A stretch of 64,000 bases of DNA, taken from positions 21,781 to 85,780 of the forward strand of contig JAZNWD010000016.1 in assembly GCA_045593185.1 (NCBI GenBank), read 5' to 3'. This stretch comes from Elusimicrobiaceae bacterium. Its GTDB lineage: Bacteria; Elusimicrobiota; Elusimicrobia; Elusimicrobiales; Elusimicrobiaceae. A model generated the notes under the pieces. The model searched no databases. It had not been told where the DNA came from and saw only the letters and a program-made list of their open reading frames with translations. The translations under genes and the position numbers were made by a program. Of the stretch, positions 36,466-45,525 are shown one piece after another. How positions within the stretch are numbered: the stretch's first letter is position 1; every line of letters starts with the position of its first letter.

Positions 36466-36686
36466 CCCCCCAGTCAAAAAACGGCCTTTGCAATTAGGCA
36501 AAACTTCCGTTCATCCCCCGATGGATTTTATTAGTGTCACCCTGAATCGCGGCCTTTACCGCTGGGCCGCGCCCCGTAAGGTCGTAATACGGGGTCTGTG
36601 TCATAGGTTTCACGATCTTCCACGCAGGTCGTTGCCGTTCATCGTTCATTAATGATTGTCGGCCCCAGCAATTGGTATAATAAAGT

Positions 36687-37985
36687 ATGCCCGCAGAACA
36701 ACCCCCCATTTTAACTGACGAATTTAAAGACGCGCTATCCTTGCTGGAAAGCAAGCCCGCCATCAAGCCGCTTATTTTTATCACAGGGCGCGCGGGCACC
36801 GGCAAAACCACCCTTTTAAAATACTTCGCCCAGCACACCGCGCAAAACGTAGTGGTACTGGCTACCACCGGGCTGGCGGCCATCAACGTGCACGGGCAGA
36901 CTGTCCATTCGTTTTTCCGCTTAAAGCCAGGCAATTTGCTTGATTTGAACACCCTGCGCCGTCTGCCGCGCAAAACGGTGGAAAGTTTTGACACCCTGAT
37001 TATAGACGAAGCCTCCATGCTCCGCGCTGACCTCTTGGACGCACTGGACCACATCCTGCAAATTTCTACCCGTTGCGAGGAACCCTTCGGCGGCAAGCAA
37101 GTCATTTTATTTGGCGATTTATTTCAACTTCCCCCCGTAGAAGAAAACGAGCAAAGCGGCCTGTTTGATTATTTTGAAGCGCGCTACAAAAGCCCGTACT
37201 TTTTTGATGCGCAGGTGCTTAGCCGTCTGCCGTTGGAAGTGTTTGAATTAAAGCGCATTTTCCGCCAGCGGGCTGATAAAGATTATGCCGCCCTCTTAAA
37301 CGCCATTCGTGAGGGACACGTCTCGCAACCGCAGCTAGACAGCCAGCTCAACGGGCGCGTATCGGCCGAAACCCCGGCCATTTTGCAGGACAGCATCCTC
37401 TTGGCCACCACCAACCAAAGTGCCATGTGGCGCAACCGTAGCCAACTGGCCAAATTGCCCGGGGAAGAATTTGTTTACACCGCTACAGCGGACGATACTT
37501 TTACCAAAACCCCGCCGGCTGACCGTGAATTGCACCTTAAAAAAGGCGCTAAAATTATGATGCTCGTTAACAGTGATAATTGGGTCAATGGCGATATCGG
37601 CACCGTGCACGACTTGGGGCCCGATTTTATCCAGGTAGAATTAAAGGGTATTGTGTACGAGGTGCAACCCCATGTGTGGGACGAAGTACGCTACGAATTT
37701 AACCCCTTAACGCAAAAACTTACCCCGCACGTAAAAGGGTTTTTCAAGCAATACCCACTTAAATTGGCGTGGGCCATTACCGTGCACAAATCCCAGGGGC
37801 TTACGTTTGACAATATTTATTTGGATATGGGGCGCGGTGCGTTTGCCCCGGGGCAAACGTATGTGGCTTTGAGCCGCTGCCGCACGTTGGCGGGGGTACA
37901 CTTAAAGCGCCCCATTTTCACTTCGGACGTGCAATGTGATGCACGCGTGCAACACTTCTTTGAGCAAGTAAAAGGGGCCCGGTAA
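36687..37985 (+). CDS. PIF1/RecD-like SF1B helicase
   Basis: ITGRAGTGKT, IIDEASM, FGDLFQLPPV, IFRQ, QYPLKLAWAITVHKSQGLT, YVALSR. Confidence 0.92.
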   Translation: MPAEQPPILTDEFKDALSLLESKPAIKPLIFITGRAGTGKTTLLKYFAQHTAQNVVVLATTGLAAINVHGQTVHSFFRLKPGNLLDLNTLRRLPRKTVESFDTLIIDEASMLRADLLDALDHILQISTRCEEPFGGKQVILFGDLFQLPPVEENEQSGLFDYFEARYKSPYFFDAQVLSRLPLEVFELKRIFRQRADKDYAALLNAIREGHVSQPQLDSQLNGRVSAETPAILQDSILLATTNQSAMWRNRSQLAKLPGEEFVYTATADDTFTKTPPADRELHLKKGAKIMMLVNSDNWVNGDIGTVHDLGPDFIQVELKGIVYEVQPHVWDEVRYEFNPLTQKLTPHVKGFFKQYPLKLAWAITVHKSQGLTFDNIYLDMGRGAFAPGQTYVALSRCRTLAGVHLKRPIFTSDVQCDARVQHFFEQVKGAR

Positions 37986-37998
37986 AAGAGCCCCTTTT
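37970..37998. terminator. Bidirectional intrinsic terminator
   Basis: AAAAGGGGC...GCCCCTTTT between convergent genes. Confidence 0.7.
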
Positions 37999-38017
37999 GT
38001 CAGATGTTTTCCCCTCT

Positions 38018-39232
38018 CTATTTGCGGTACGGATGCAAGGACTCCTTATAAATAGCCCATACCGTGTCTTTGCTGGCTTGCGTCGGTGCAAGGCCCAGTA
38101 GCCCGCCCAATGACGGCGTTTCAAAGGCAAGGCACACTAATTTTTCTACATCTTGCTCCGTAAAGCCCTCGTCTGCCAGTTTATGGGTAGCCCCCACACT
38201 AAAGAGCCATTTCTCGATGCCGTGCGCAGCCAGGTCGGCTTCCTCTGCGTTCCCTTTTAAGCCGGGCACCATGGGCTTTAGCACTTCGGCCAAGGTCTTG
38301 GGCTTGGCCTTATAGATTTGCTTGATAACCGCCGGCAGCAGCATCGCCAACCCTAGCCCGTGCGTCAGGTTCGGGTTCACACCCGAAAGCGGATGCTCCA
38401 GCGCGTGGGTATAGTGCAACAGCCCGTTATCAAAGCTTAGCCCCGCAATCAGCGCGGCATACGTTAAAAAGTAACGCGCCTCCAAATTCTGAGGGTCTTT
38501 TAACGCCACGGGCAGATATTTGTACACTAACCATGTCACCGCAATAGCCAGGTCCACCGCGTAGGGCGAGGTGGTTTTGGTAGTGGCGGCTTCTACCACG
38601 TGATTAACCGCATCGATGGACACGTAGCGCGTTTGCTCCTCACTAAGCCCGGTCATTAACGCCGGGTCATCAATGGCATAGAGCGGGTAAATACACGGCA
38701 GCGCAATAGCGGGCTTGTAGTTTTTTTCCTCAATAGAAACTACGGCAAACTGGTTGGCCTCGGACCCGGTTCCGTGTGTTAAGTTGATCGCCACAATGGG
38801 CGCGGCCTGCGTGGGCGTAAATTTAAACTCGTAAAGTTCCTCGGCCGTTTTCCCGGGATACTTCATCAAGATTGCCACACTTTTGCCCGCGTCAATGGCG
38901 GACCCGCCCCCTATAGCCAATACGGCTTGCGCGCCAAAGTCGTGCGCCATTTGGGCGGCCTGATTAACGTGATGTGTATTGGGGTTGGGCGTTACTTTGT
39001 CGTAATGTACATAGGTGATGCCATGCTTGGCAAACGCTTTCACCACGTGATCCCACGCCCCGGTTTTTTTGTAGGCACCTTTACCGGTAACCACCATCAG
39101 TTTGGTTAAACCGCGGGCCTTGAGATCGGCACAAATGTCATCTATTTTTTCAATGGCACCCACGCCCAAAAATACGGTGGTGCGGGCGCGAATTTCGCGG
39201 ATTTGGCGAATATCAATTTCTTGTTCCCACAT
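38018..39232 (-). CDS. Iron-containing alcohol dehydrogenase
   Basis: AIGGGSAIDAGK, THGTGSE, DAVNHVVEA, HALEH...HG.GL. Confidence 0.92.
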   Translation of the reverse strand: MWEQEIDIRQIREIRARTTVFLGVGAIEKIDDICADLKARGLTKLMVVTGKGAYKKTGAWDHVVKAFAKHGITYVHYDKVTPNPNTHHVNQAAQMAHDFGAQAVLAIGGGSAIDAGKSVAILMKYPGKTAEELYEFKFTPTQAAPIVAINLTHGTGSEANQFAVVSIEEKNYKPAIALPCIYPLYAIDDPALMTGLSEEQTRYVSIDAVNHVVEAATTKTTSPYAVDLAIAVTWLVYKYLPVALKDPQNLEARYFLTYAALIAGLSFDNGLLHYTHALEHPLSGVNPNLTHGLGLAMLLPAVIKQIYKAKPKTLAEVLKPMVPGLKGNAEEADLAAHGIEKWLFSVGATHKLADEGFTEQDVEKLVCLAFETPSLGGLLGLAPTQASKDTVWAIYKESLHPYRK

Positions 39233-39324
39233 AATATACCTCCTTAGGTAAAGTGCTATACTGTAGCTTAAGAGGTTTCTTTGCGCAAGCGCAGAAATTA
39301 ATTAGAAACAATCAGCGTGATACC

Positions 39325-39355
39325 CAAGGGATAGCCCAAAGTTTACTGCGCCCCA
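39325..39355. repeat. Outermost att copy (tRNA 3' end plus downstream flank)
   Basis: CAAGGGATAGCCCAAAGTTTACTGCGCCC is 27/29 identical to 45504-45532. Confidence 0.85.
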
Positions 39356-39486
39356 AGCGTTGGACTACCGACGGAGCATGTACGAATTTTCTGCCATACT
39401 TTTCCCAAGTCTGCCAAAGACAGGATTTTTCTGCCATATACATGTGCTGCCATCTTCGAGTGGTTCAAGTTTTTCTAGCGCAGATA

Positions 39487-39525
39487 TAGGCCTTTTTCCT
39501 AGGCGCAAATAGGTCTTTTGGCCCT
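39487..39525 (+). promoter_or_regulatory. Tandem TAGGYC operator-like sites
   Basis: TAGGCC-TTTT at 39487 and TAGGTC-TTTT-GGCCCT at 39510; ATAGGYCTTTTGGCCCTGGTTTT matches the reverse complement near 62860-62882 at 22/23 positions. Confidence 0.6.
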
Positions 39526-39573
39526 GGTTTTATTTTAGATTACTTTTATATTGTAGGTAGAGGAGGGTCTCTT

Positions 39574-40947
39574 ATGAAAGAATTAATAAAAAAGATTGCT
39601 TTTTTATTGAGTTTATTTTTGTGGATTCATATTGCTGCTGCGGCAGGAACCTTTTCGGTATCTTCCGGTTTAGTCCAACCAACCATTTTGCAAAATCAAT
39701 TAACCAAGCAAATTGAACAACAAATTCAAGAGAAAACAGATCGTCCTTGGCAGCTGGCCATCATTTCTGTTTCGCACCCAACAGCAGGAGAATTGGAAAA
39801 ATCGGTTCTTGAAGCTATGGGGAAAAATAGCGCTTTAAAACAAGTTGTTTTGGTAAGAGTATCGTCGGTCCCTTACGCAACGGAATTTAAGAGGGATTTA
39901 AATACAAAACGCATTATTAAAATAAATCTTTCTTCCAGAATTCCCCGGTCTTTTTCTTTATCATCTATACGCCAAGTGCTCAGACGCTTAGATCACTCCA
40001 ATTCAAAATTTTATACGGGCCTGGTAATTGATGCCCATGGTACCGGCAATGCCATGAGTACTATGATGGAAAGTGATAACAAAATCTCTATTCGGAAACT
40101 GTTTGAGGAAATAAAACAGGAAGGAATAAAAATAGATGTATTGGAATTAAAATCTTGTTCCATGGGATCTATTTCCACCTTGTATCACGCAACTAAAAGT
40201 GGCATGGTGGATTATTTGCTCGCTTCACCACCTGTGCTTTTTCAATCTTCTACGGATGTGGGATTGTTGTTTGCGGCCTCGCAAGTCCCGGGGGCACTTT
40301 CTCGCCCGGAGACAGCCGCACGAGCGGCCCTTACAGTGGGGGGAAAGGTTTTTGTTGAAAATATAGAAAAAAATTTAGGAAAGACCATTCCCCCGTTCGC
40401 TACCGCTACAGTAGGTTATTACTTACCGGAGCTATATCCTCTCCTAAGAAACTGGGGAGAATCTTTGTTGGGGATAGAAATTGCTGCAGTGGTTGAAAGG
40501 GAGTCTTTACTTCTTAAAAATGAGTTGTGGCCTATTGATCCGTCGCCTCGTTCTTCTGAGGAAGGAATAATGGTGAGTGAATTGTCTCAAAGGAGAAAAA
40601 GTGCAATGTCTTTTGATTCTTTTTTGAAGAATATACTTAACTATTCTATGGATACCAGCACCTGGGCGGAGGAGAATAAAGAAGCGTATGAGAAAGCATT
40701 TGTGCTGTTCTCAAATGATTCTGCCACATTGCAACGCCATTTAAATACTGCTATTAAGTTTGGACTGTGTTACAAAAATAGGGATTTTTATCCGGCAGCT
40801 AAGGCAGAGGATATAGATAGCTGGCCTGAAGAATGTTTGGGGAAGTTTTCACTTAATTTCGAACAGATGTTGGACCTGACAATTGAGGTACAATCTCATT
40901 TTTCACTTGAAAACTACAAAGAACGCCTTAAATCTACCGACCCATAG
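39574..40947 (+). CDS. Secreted clan CD (clostripain/C11-like) cysteine peptidase
   Basis: Signal peptide; VIDAHGTG (His), LELKSCSMG (Cys) and DYLLAS in the C11 order. Confidence 0.55.
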   Translation: MKELIKKIAFLLSLFLWIHIAAAAGTFSVSSGLVQPTILQNQLTKQIEQQIQEKTDRPWQLAIISVSHPTAGELEKSVLEAMGKNSALKQVVLVRVSSVPYATEFKRDLNTKRIIKINLSSRIPRSFSLSSIRQVLRRLDHSNSKFYTGLVIDAHGTGNAMSTMMESDNKISIRKLFEEIKQEGIKIDVLELKSCSMGSISTLYHATKSGMVDYLLASPPVLFQSSTDVGLLFAASQVPGALSRPETAARAALTVGGKVFVENIEKNLGKTIPPFATATVGYYLPELYPLLRNWGESLLGIEIAAVVERESLLLKNELWPIDPSPRSSEEGIMVSELSQRRKSAMSFDSFLKNILNYSMDTSTWAEENKEAYEKAFVLFSNDSATLQRHLNTAIKFGLCYKNRDFYPAAKAEDIDSWPEECLGKFSLNFEQMLDLTIEVQSHFSLENYKERLKSTDP

Positions 40948-41272
40948 TCTTTGTTCATTTGTGGGGGCATCAATAAGCCCTTCTGTAACGGCAGGGCTCA
41001 AAATTTTTCCTAGTTTCCCGGGTTTATATTGTTATTTCGATTTATCCCTGCTTCCAATTAGATGGACCTTTACTATGAACAGAAACCATTGCCGCTTTCC
41101 TTATAGTTTACTACCCTTAACTTTGCTTATTTTGCCAAAGTTCTCGTCGGAGGGTCAAAATAGAAATTTTGCGGAGCGGACTTGAACCGAAATTTTGCTA
41201 ATTTTTGGGGATAAAATGGATTAGTTCTCGACGAGAAAAATTTAGGCCCCGCGATTGCGGAGCCTAAAATTT

Positions 41273-41285
41273 ACTTCGCCCACCA
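41273..41285. repeat. att copy (tRNA 3' end)
   Basis: ACTTCGCCCACCA vs ACTGCGCCCACCA, next to a terminator hairpin at 41240-41270. Confidence 0.8.
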
Positions 41286-41448
41286 AGCGGTGTTCTACCG
41301 ACGATGGAGTGACTAAAATAGTGCCCTATTTCCGTATAGTCCTCTATCGTAAACTTTGCTAAATTTATGTGTGTTTTTGTGGTTCCACGTTTACTAGCGC
41401 GGATAGCTAGGTTTTAAAATATGTTACAATGCAACAAGGGAGAAAATT

Positions 41449-42204
41449 ATGAAAAAATTGATATGCTATATAATTTCGTTTCTAATTATACTGCTTGTAA
41501 TTGGTATACGGATATGGTTAGATAAGGACAATCAGTTGCTTAGAGCCTCTAAAAGAGGAGATCAAAACAAAGTAGTCAACTTGTTGAAGCGGAAAGCCGA
41601 CGTTAATATTAAATCGATAGATGGACAAACTCCTCTATTATTTGCTAGTCAAAATGGCCACTTAGAGATGGTAAAGGTTCTAATAGAAAAAGGAGCCGAT
41701 GTTAATGCTAAAAATAAAGGAGATATTACGCCTTTAATGTGTGCTGTCGGATATGGCCACTTAGAAATAGCAAAATATTTAGTAGATCATGGAGCAAAGA
41801 TAAATGCTAGAGATAAACATGGGGAGACTCCATTGAGAATTGCTGGTCAAAATGGCCGTCTGGAAATAATAGAATATTTGGTAGAGCAGGGAGCCGATGT
41901 TAATGCTAAAAATACTGCAGGAATGACTCCATTGTTAGGTGCGGTTATGACATGCCCCCTGGAAACAATAAAATATCTAGTAACCCATGGGGCGGATATC
42001 AATGCCAAAGACCAAAATAGTGTTACTCCTTTAATGTTAGCCACTTTATATGGCCAACCAGAGGTAGTAAGATATTTGATAGAACAAGGGGCGGATATTC
42101 ATGCCAAAGCCAAAGATGGTAACACCGCTATTGAATTAGCTAGACAAACGGGGGATAATGCAAAAGTAGAGTTGCTTCAAAAAGCGGAAGAAACAAAAAA
42201 ATGA
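41449..42204 (+). CDS. Ankyrin-repeat protein with N-terminal signal/TM
   Basis: About six GxTPL..A...GH.E.VKYL.E.GADVNAK repeats. Confidence 0.92.
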   Translation: MKKLICYIISFLIILLVIGIRIWLDKDNQLLRASKRGDQNKVVNLLKRKADVNIKSIDGQTPLLFASQNGHLEMVKVLIEKGADVNAKNKGDITPLMCAVGYGHLEIAKYLVDHGAKINARDKHGETPLRIAGQNGRLEIIEYLVEQGADVNAKNTAGMTPLLGAVMTCPLETIKYLVTHGADINAKDQNSVTPLMLATLYGQPEVVRYLIEQGADIHAKAKDGNTAIELARQTGDNAKVELLQKAEETKK

Positions 42205-42260
42205 AATATTTGTTTTTATCATAAACCGCTCCTAATTGGGGCGGTTTTTTCTACCCAAAA

Positions 42261-42320
42261 GCATAAAAAGAGGCCCGCTCTCTTCTGAGAACGGGCCTTC
42301 GTCAATCACTACGCCCACCA
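42261..42320. repeat. Direct repeat (terminator + att copy), copy 1
   Basis: GCATAAAAAG(AG)GCCCGCTCTCTTCTGAGAACGGGCCTTCGTCAATCACTRCGCCCACCA, repeated at 45271-45328. Confidence 0.9.
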
Positions 42321-42447
42321 AGCGATGTTTTCTCGACGGGTATGTACGAATTTTCTGCCATACTTTTTTTGAACTTGCCAAAATTAGTTTTTAAATGCGC
42401 ACAAGATATATATCTATCGTCGACAGGTTCAAGTCGTTACAGCACAG

Positions 42448-43458
42448 TTAATCTACATTCGCCTTCTTTGGAATATATTTAATGGCATCGTGAAGCGTTT
42501 TCGGAGTAAGATGGGCGTAGATTTCAGTCATTTTGATGCTGCTATGACCTAATAATTTACTTACCCTGTACAAATCCACCCCGTTCTGCACAAGGTGACT
42601 CGCAAAGGTATGACGCAATTTGTGCAAGAAACTGGCAACCTTAGCTTTCTTGGCGATTTTTCTGTAAAAGGCCGTTAGGAAATATTGACTTCCACGAGAA
42701 TGCCCCACATTGACAACGAACTCGTTTTTAGCGGACTTTTTAGCTTTTTTTAGGGCTTCCCTTAATTCTTTGCTCATTGGGACAAAACGGTGGTTTTCCG
42801 TTTTGGCAGGAGCAATATAGAGTTGTCTATTTCTAAAATCGACGTCTTGCCAACGCAGTTGCACCATTTCTCCTCTCCGCAATCCAGCATCAACCCCCAA
42901 AAGAACAACTAATTTCCAAGCCGGAGAAGGGCAAACTGCAAGTATTTTGTTTATTTCTTCTACAGAATGGAATACAATTCGTCCTCTAGGAGTTTTAATT
43001 TTAGTTATCCCCGACCAATCTTGCTTAGGAATAAATTCCCATCTTTCAGCATGGTGCATGATTGCTTTAAGGCATTGAATCAGGCGGTTAATATTGTGCT
43101 TCCCCAAATTTTTATGAAGCATATACTCTTTAACTTTTTGTAGAGTGGTTGGTGTTATTTCATGTAAAAACCTAGGACAATCTACTTCTTCCAAGCATCT
43201 AATGGCAATATGTGTCCTTTTAATTGTATTCTTGGCACGTTCTAAAGCCATAAATTGAAACAATCTGTCTTTAAAATGTTCCCAGGTCATTTCTACAACT
43301 ATCTTTTCTTTTAAAGCATTTCTCCTCTCAATTAATTTGGAATACTTTAATTGGGCTATCCTTAATTTAGAGGTTTGGAGAGATATTCTGTGTCGATGAC
43401 CTAATGCGTCGTGATAGTCTGCATAGTAAATATTCCCATGTAATTTTTTTATTGCCAT
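42448..43458 (-). CDS. Tyrosine recombinase / phage-type integrase
   Basis: GLRRGE (R), HKLRHTFAS (HxxR), LLGHSSIKMTEIYAH (H, Y); short N-terminal arm-binding-like region; start moved to ATG 43458 after GGAGG. Confidence 0.92.
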   Translation of the reverse strand: MAIKKLHGNIYYADYHDALGHRHRISLQTSKLRIAQLKYSKLIERRNALKEKIVVEMTWEHFKDRLFQFMALERAKNTIKRTHIAIRCLEEVDCPRFLHEITPTTLQKVKEYMLHKNLGKHNINRLIQCLKAIMHHAERWEFIPKQDWSGITKIKTPRGRIVFHSVEEINKILAVCPSPAWKLVVLLGVDAGLRRGEMVQLRWQDVDFRNRQLYIAPAKTENHRFVPMSKELREALKKAKKSAKNEFVVNVGHSRGSQYFLTAFYRKIAKKAKVASFLHKLRHTFASHLVQNGVDLYRVSKLLGHSSIKMTEIYAHLTPKTLHDAIKYIPKKANVD

Positions 43459-43546
43459 ACTATTTCCTCCCTTATTGCGCAAACTTGGCTATTTGCGTTG
43501 TATGGTGTATATTGTAGGGAATATTTGTGTTTAATTTAGCAATTCG

Positions 43547-44053
43547 TTATAAAATATCGCTAAATATTTTATTCACGCGTTGCAAGATTATCAACATTGT
43601 GTGAAAGAAAAGTACAATTAGTCCAAAATAAATCATGGACATGAAAAAGCGTATGAATGCGAACGTTGTTCCTATGGTTGATGCTTTAAAAAGGATAAAA
43701 AAGAGGGACAAAACAATTATAAACACTCCAATTAAAATTCCAAAAGAGATATTATAGATTGTTTCCTTGATTATTTGAAAATCTTTTCCTTCTGGTTTGT
43801 CAATCTTGTCAACAAGTAAAAATAATGCACTAATTAAAAATCCTGATAAAATTGAAAAAGCTGTCAACATTATTTCAATAACAGATTCTTTGAGACAGTG
43901 AAAACACGTTGCAACACTTGCAAGTAGTATTATGAATACTACTGTTATGCCAATTTCTATCCACGACGTTTGCTGAGTAGTATTGTCGTAAAAGGTTTTG
44001 CAATGGTTTTTAACAATATTCCAACAGTTTAATCTAGAAAAAAATAATTTCAT
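43547..44053 (-). CDS. Four-TM membrane protein, island cargo
   Basis: Four hydrophobic helices; AT-rich; 11 bp downstream of its partner gene. Confidence 0.7.
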   Translation of the reverse strand: MKLFFSRLNCWNIVKNHCKTFYDNTTQQTSWIEIGITVVFIILLASVATCFHCLKESVIEIMLTAFSILSGFLISALFLLVDKIDKPEGKDFQIIKETIYNISFGILIGVFIIVLSLFFILFKASTIGTTFAFIRFFMSMIYFGLIVLFFHTMLIILQRVNKIFSDIL

Positions 44054-44064
44054 TTATTTCTCCT

Positions 44065-45006
44065 TTAGTCAATATATTGTCGTAATTCGGTAATAATATT
44101 TTCTTCTTCTTTTTTTAAATCGCTCAGATTAGGGTGACAACCATCTTCTCTTTTAAGATGGCTAAGATCGAAACGTAAAACACTATTTTCAGGGTGCATC
44201 ACATCGATAACTCTTTGGGTTTTCCCTACCTGAATAGCACATTTTAAATCTTCAAAATCATAAAGATCAATGCCTGTAAGATTTTTAATTTTTATCAAAG
44301 CCTTGTCTTTGTCTTGTTCAAGCAATATGTCGTTAACATCCGAGGAAAATGCACCTGGTTTGATGGGAGAAATATTCAATTCACACCGAGCCTGTGAAGT
44401 ATTAGAAGCGGAGATATTAGATGTCTGCTTGAAATTGGTAGCTGTAATTCGCTTAATTTTCCCATTTTTAATATATTCTTTCATGGAACGGGTTCTCAAT
44501 GTAATATTTTCTTGTTCTACATTGATTTGTTGGCTTGCATAAATTTCTCTGAATTTTCGTAGTAAAGCATTAACGAAAGGTCTGGTAATACTATTAACCC
44601 CCAATGTTTGTGTCAATAAAATTGCATTTTGTTTATTAGGAGCTAAATGAAATAAAAAATGCAATTTGATAAGTTCAACATCATTTACGCTTCGATGATA
44701 GCTACTTTGGGAAGTGGGTTTAATAATTTCTGAATCAATCCCATTATTACCGGCAATAATATATCCGGAAATAAAATCTCGCTTGGGAGCAAGCAACAAA
44801 TCTTTTTTTGAGATGTAAAATTGGCACTGCAATCCTGTTTCTAAAGGAATAAGGTCGTTCTTCTGGGTGGGCAAATGTGTACGTAAAATTTCATCAACAG
44901 TCTCAAATAAATTAATTGGAAGTTTATCAATCTTATAGGAGATCGGATTTTTACTAATAGTTGAAAACCTAAAAATATTCGCTACACAACCAATTTTTTG
45001 TGACAT
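44065..45006 (-). CDS. Soluble hypothetical protein, island cargo
   Basis: 313 aa, AT-rich, GAGG RBS, operonic with the 4-TM gene. Confidence 0.75.
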   Translation of the reverse strand: MSQKIGCVANIFRFSTISKNPISYKIDKLPINLFETVDEILRTHLPTQKNDLIPLETGLQCQFYISKKDLLLAPKRDFISGYIIAGNNGIDSEIIKPTSQSSYHRSVNDVELIKLHFLFHLAPNKQNAILLTQTLGVNSITRPFVNALLRKFREIYASQQINVEQENITLRTRSMKEYIKNGKIKRITATNFKQTSNISASNTSQARCELNISPIKPGAFSSDVNDILLEQDKDKALIKIKNLTGIDLYDFEDLKCAIQVGKTQRVIDVMHPENSVLRFDLSHLKREDGCHPNLSDLKKEEENIITELRQYID

Positions 45007-45270
45007 ATATCACCTCATTTATTAATATAAAATAATTATACTATTTTAATATATAATTATTAATTTATTTTATGAAAAATGAAAATGAATATGTGTATAT
45101 TAAAGAAAACACACTGTAGATATTAGATATTTCTAAAATTGATGGGGTTTATAGAAGACATCATGAACTAATTAATAGTGCCCAAAATAGTGCCTAAAAA
45201 ATGCCACCTTCCTGTACAGCTTAACCTCCTTAACTTTGCTAATCTTGCCAAGATTTTTCGTCATAGAAAG

Positions 45271-45330
45271 GCATAAAAAGGCCCGCTCTCTTCTGAGAAC
45301 GGGCCTTCGTCAATCACTGCGCCCACCAGG
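45271..45330. repeat. Direct repeat (terminator + att copy), copy 2
   Basis: See 42261-42320; ACTGCGCCCACCAGG is identical to 45524-45538. Confidence 0.9.
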
Positions 45331-45452
45331 GGACTTGGTCACAAGTCCGCTCGTTGACCCTCGCGGCTCGCGACCCCGCCTCGCCATGCTCGCCTTTCGC
45401 CCGCGCTCTGCGCGACCTCAAACTCGCATAAGGTTCCGGCTTTCAAGTCCTG
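45327..45452. other. GC-rich structured mini-element bounded by inverted tRNA T-arm-like ends
   Basis: CAGG(GG)ACTTG ... CAAGTCCTG ends; internal hairpin GGACTTG-GTCA-CAAGTCC; CTCGC repeats. Confidence 0.55.
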
Positions 45453-45490
45453 TCGCGCATAAAGCAGTTTATGCGCTGTGGGCATAAAAA

Positions 45491-45519
45491 TTTGGGCTAT
45501 CCGCAAGGGATAACCCAAA
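45491..45519 (-). terminator. Terminator downstream of tRNA(CAT)
   Basis: TTTGGGCTATCC...GGATAACCCAAA with T-tract on the minus strand. Confidence 0.7.
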
Positions 45520-45525
45520 TTTTAC

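Larger units (their letters stand above)
39325..45330. mobile_element. Tandem array of tRNA-targeted integrative cassettes (one integrase-bearing, others integrase-less)
   Basis: Copies of the tRNA 3' end at 39345-39355, 41273-41285, 42308-42320 and 45316-45330; homologous arms beside each; tyrosine integrase gene; visibly AT-richer cargo. Confidence 0.8.

Noticed and set aside
36505-36660. 6S RNA or c-di-AMP riboswitch
   Set aside because: Short resemblances (TTCAGGGTGAC, CTGAATC) but the ends do not pair into a 6S rod and the ydaO GGGGGAACC element is absent
36494-37105. 203-aa ORF on the - strand
   Set aside because: Antisense shadow of the PIF1 helicase
42448-43458. Classical integron (IntI with attC cassettes)
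   Set aside because: No obvious IntI-specific insertion before HxxR and no RYYYAAC...GTTRRRY attC sites; the repeats derive from the tRNA 3' end
45236-45487. 83-aa ORF across the mini-element
   Set aside because: TTG start, no RBS, spans a terminator and att site; Arg/Pro-rich as expected from GC-rich non-coding DNA
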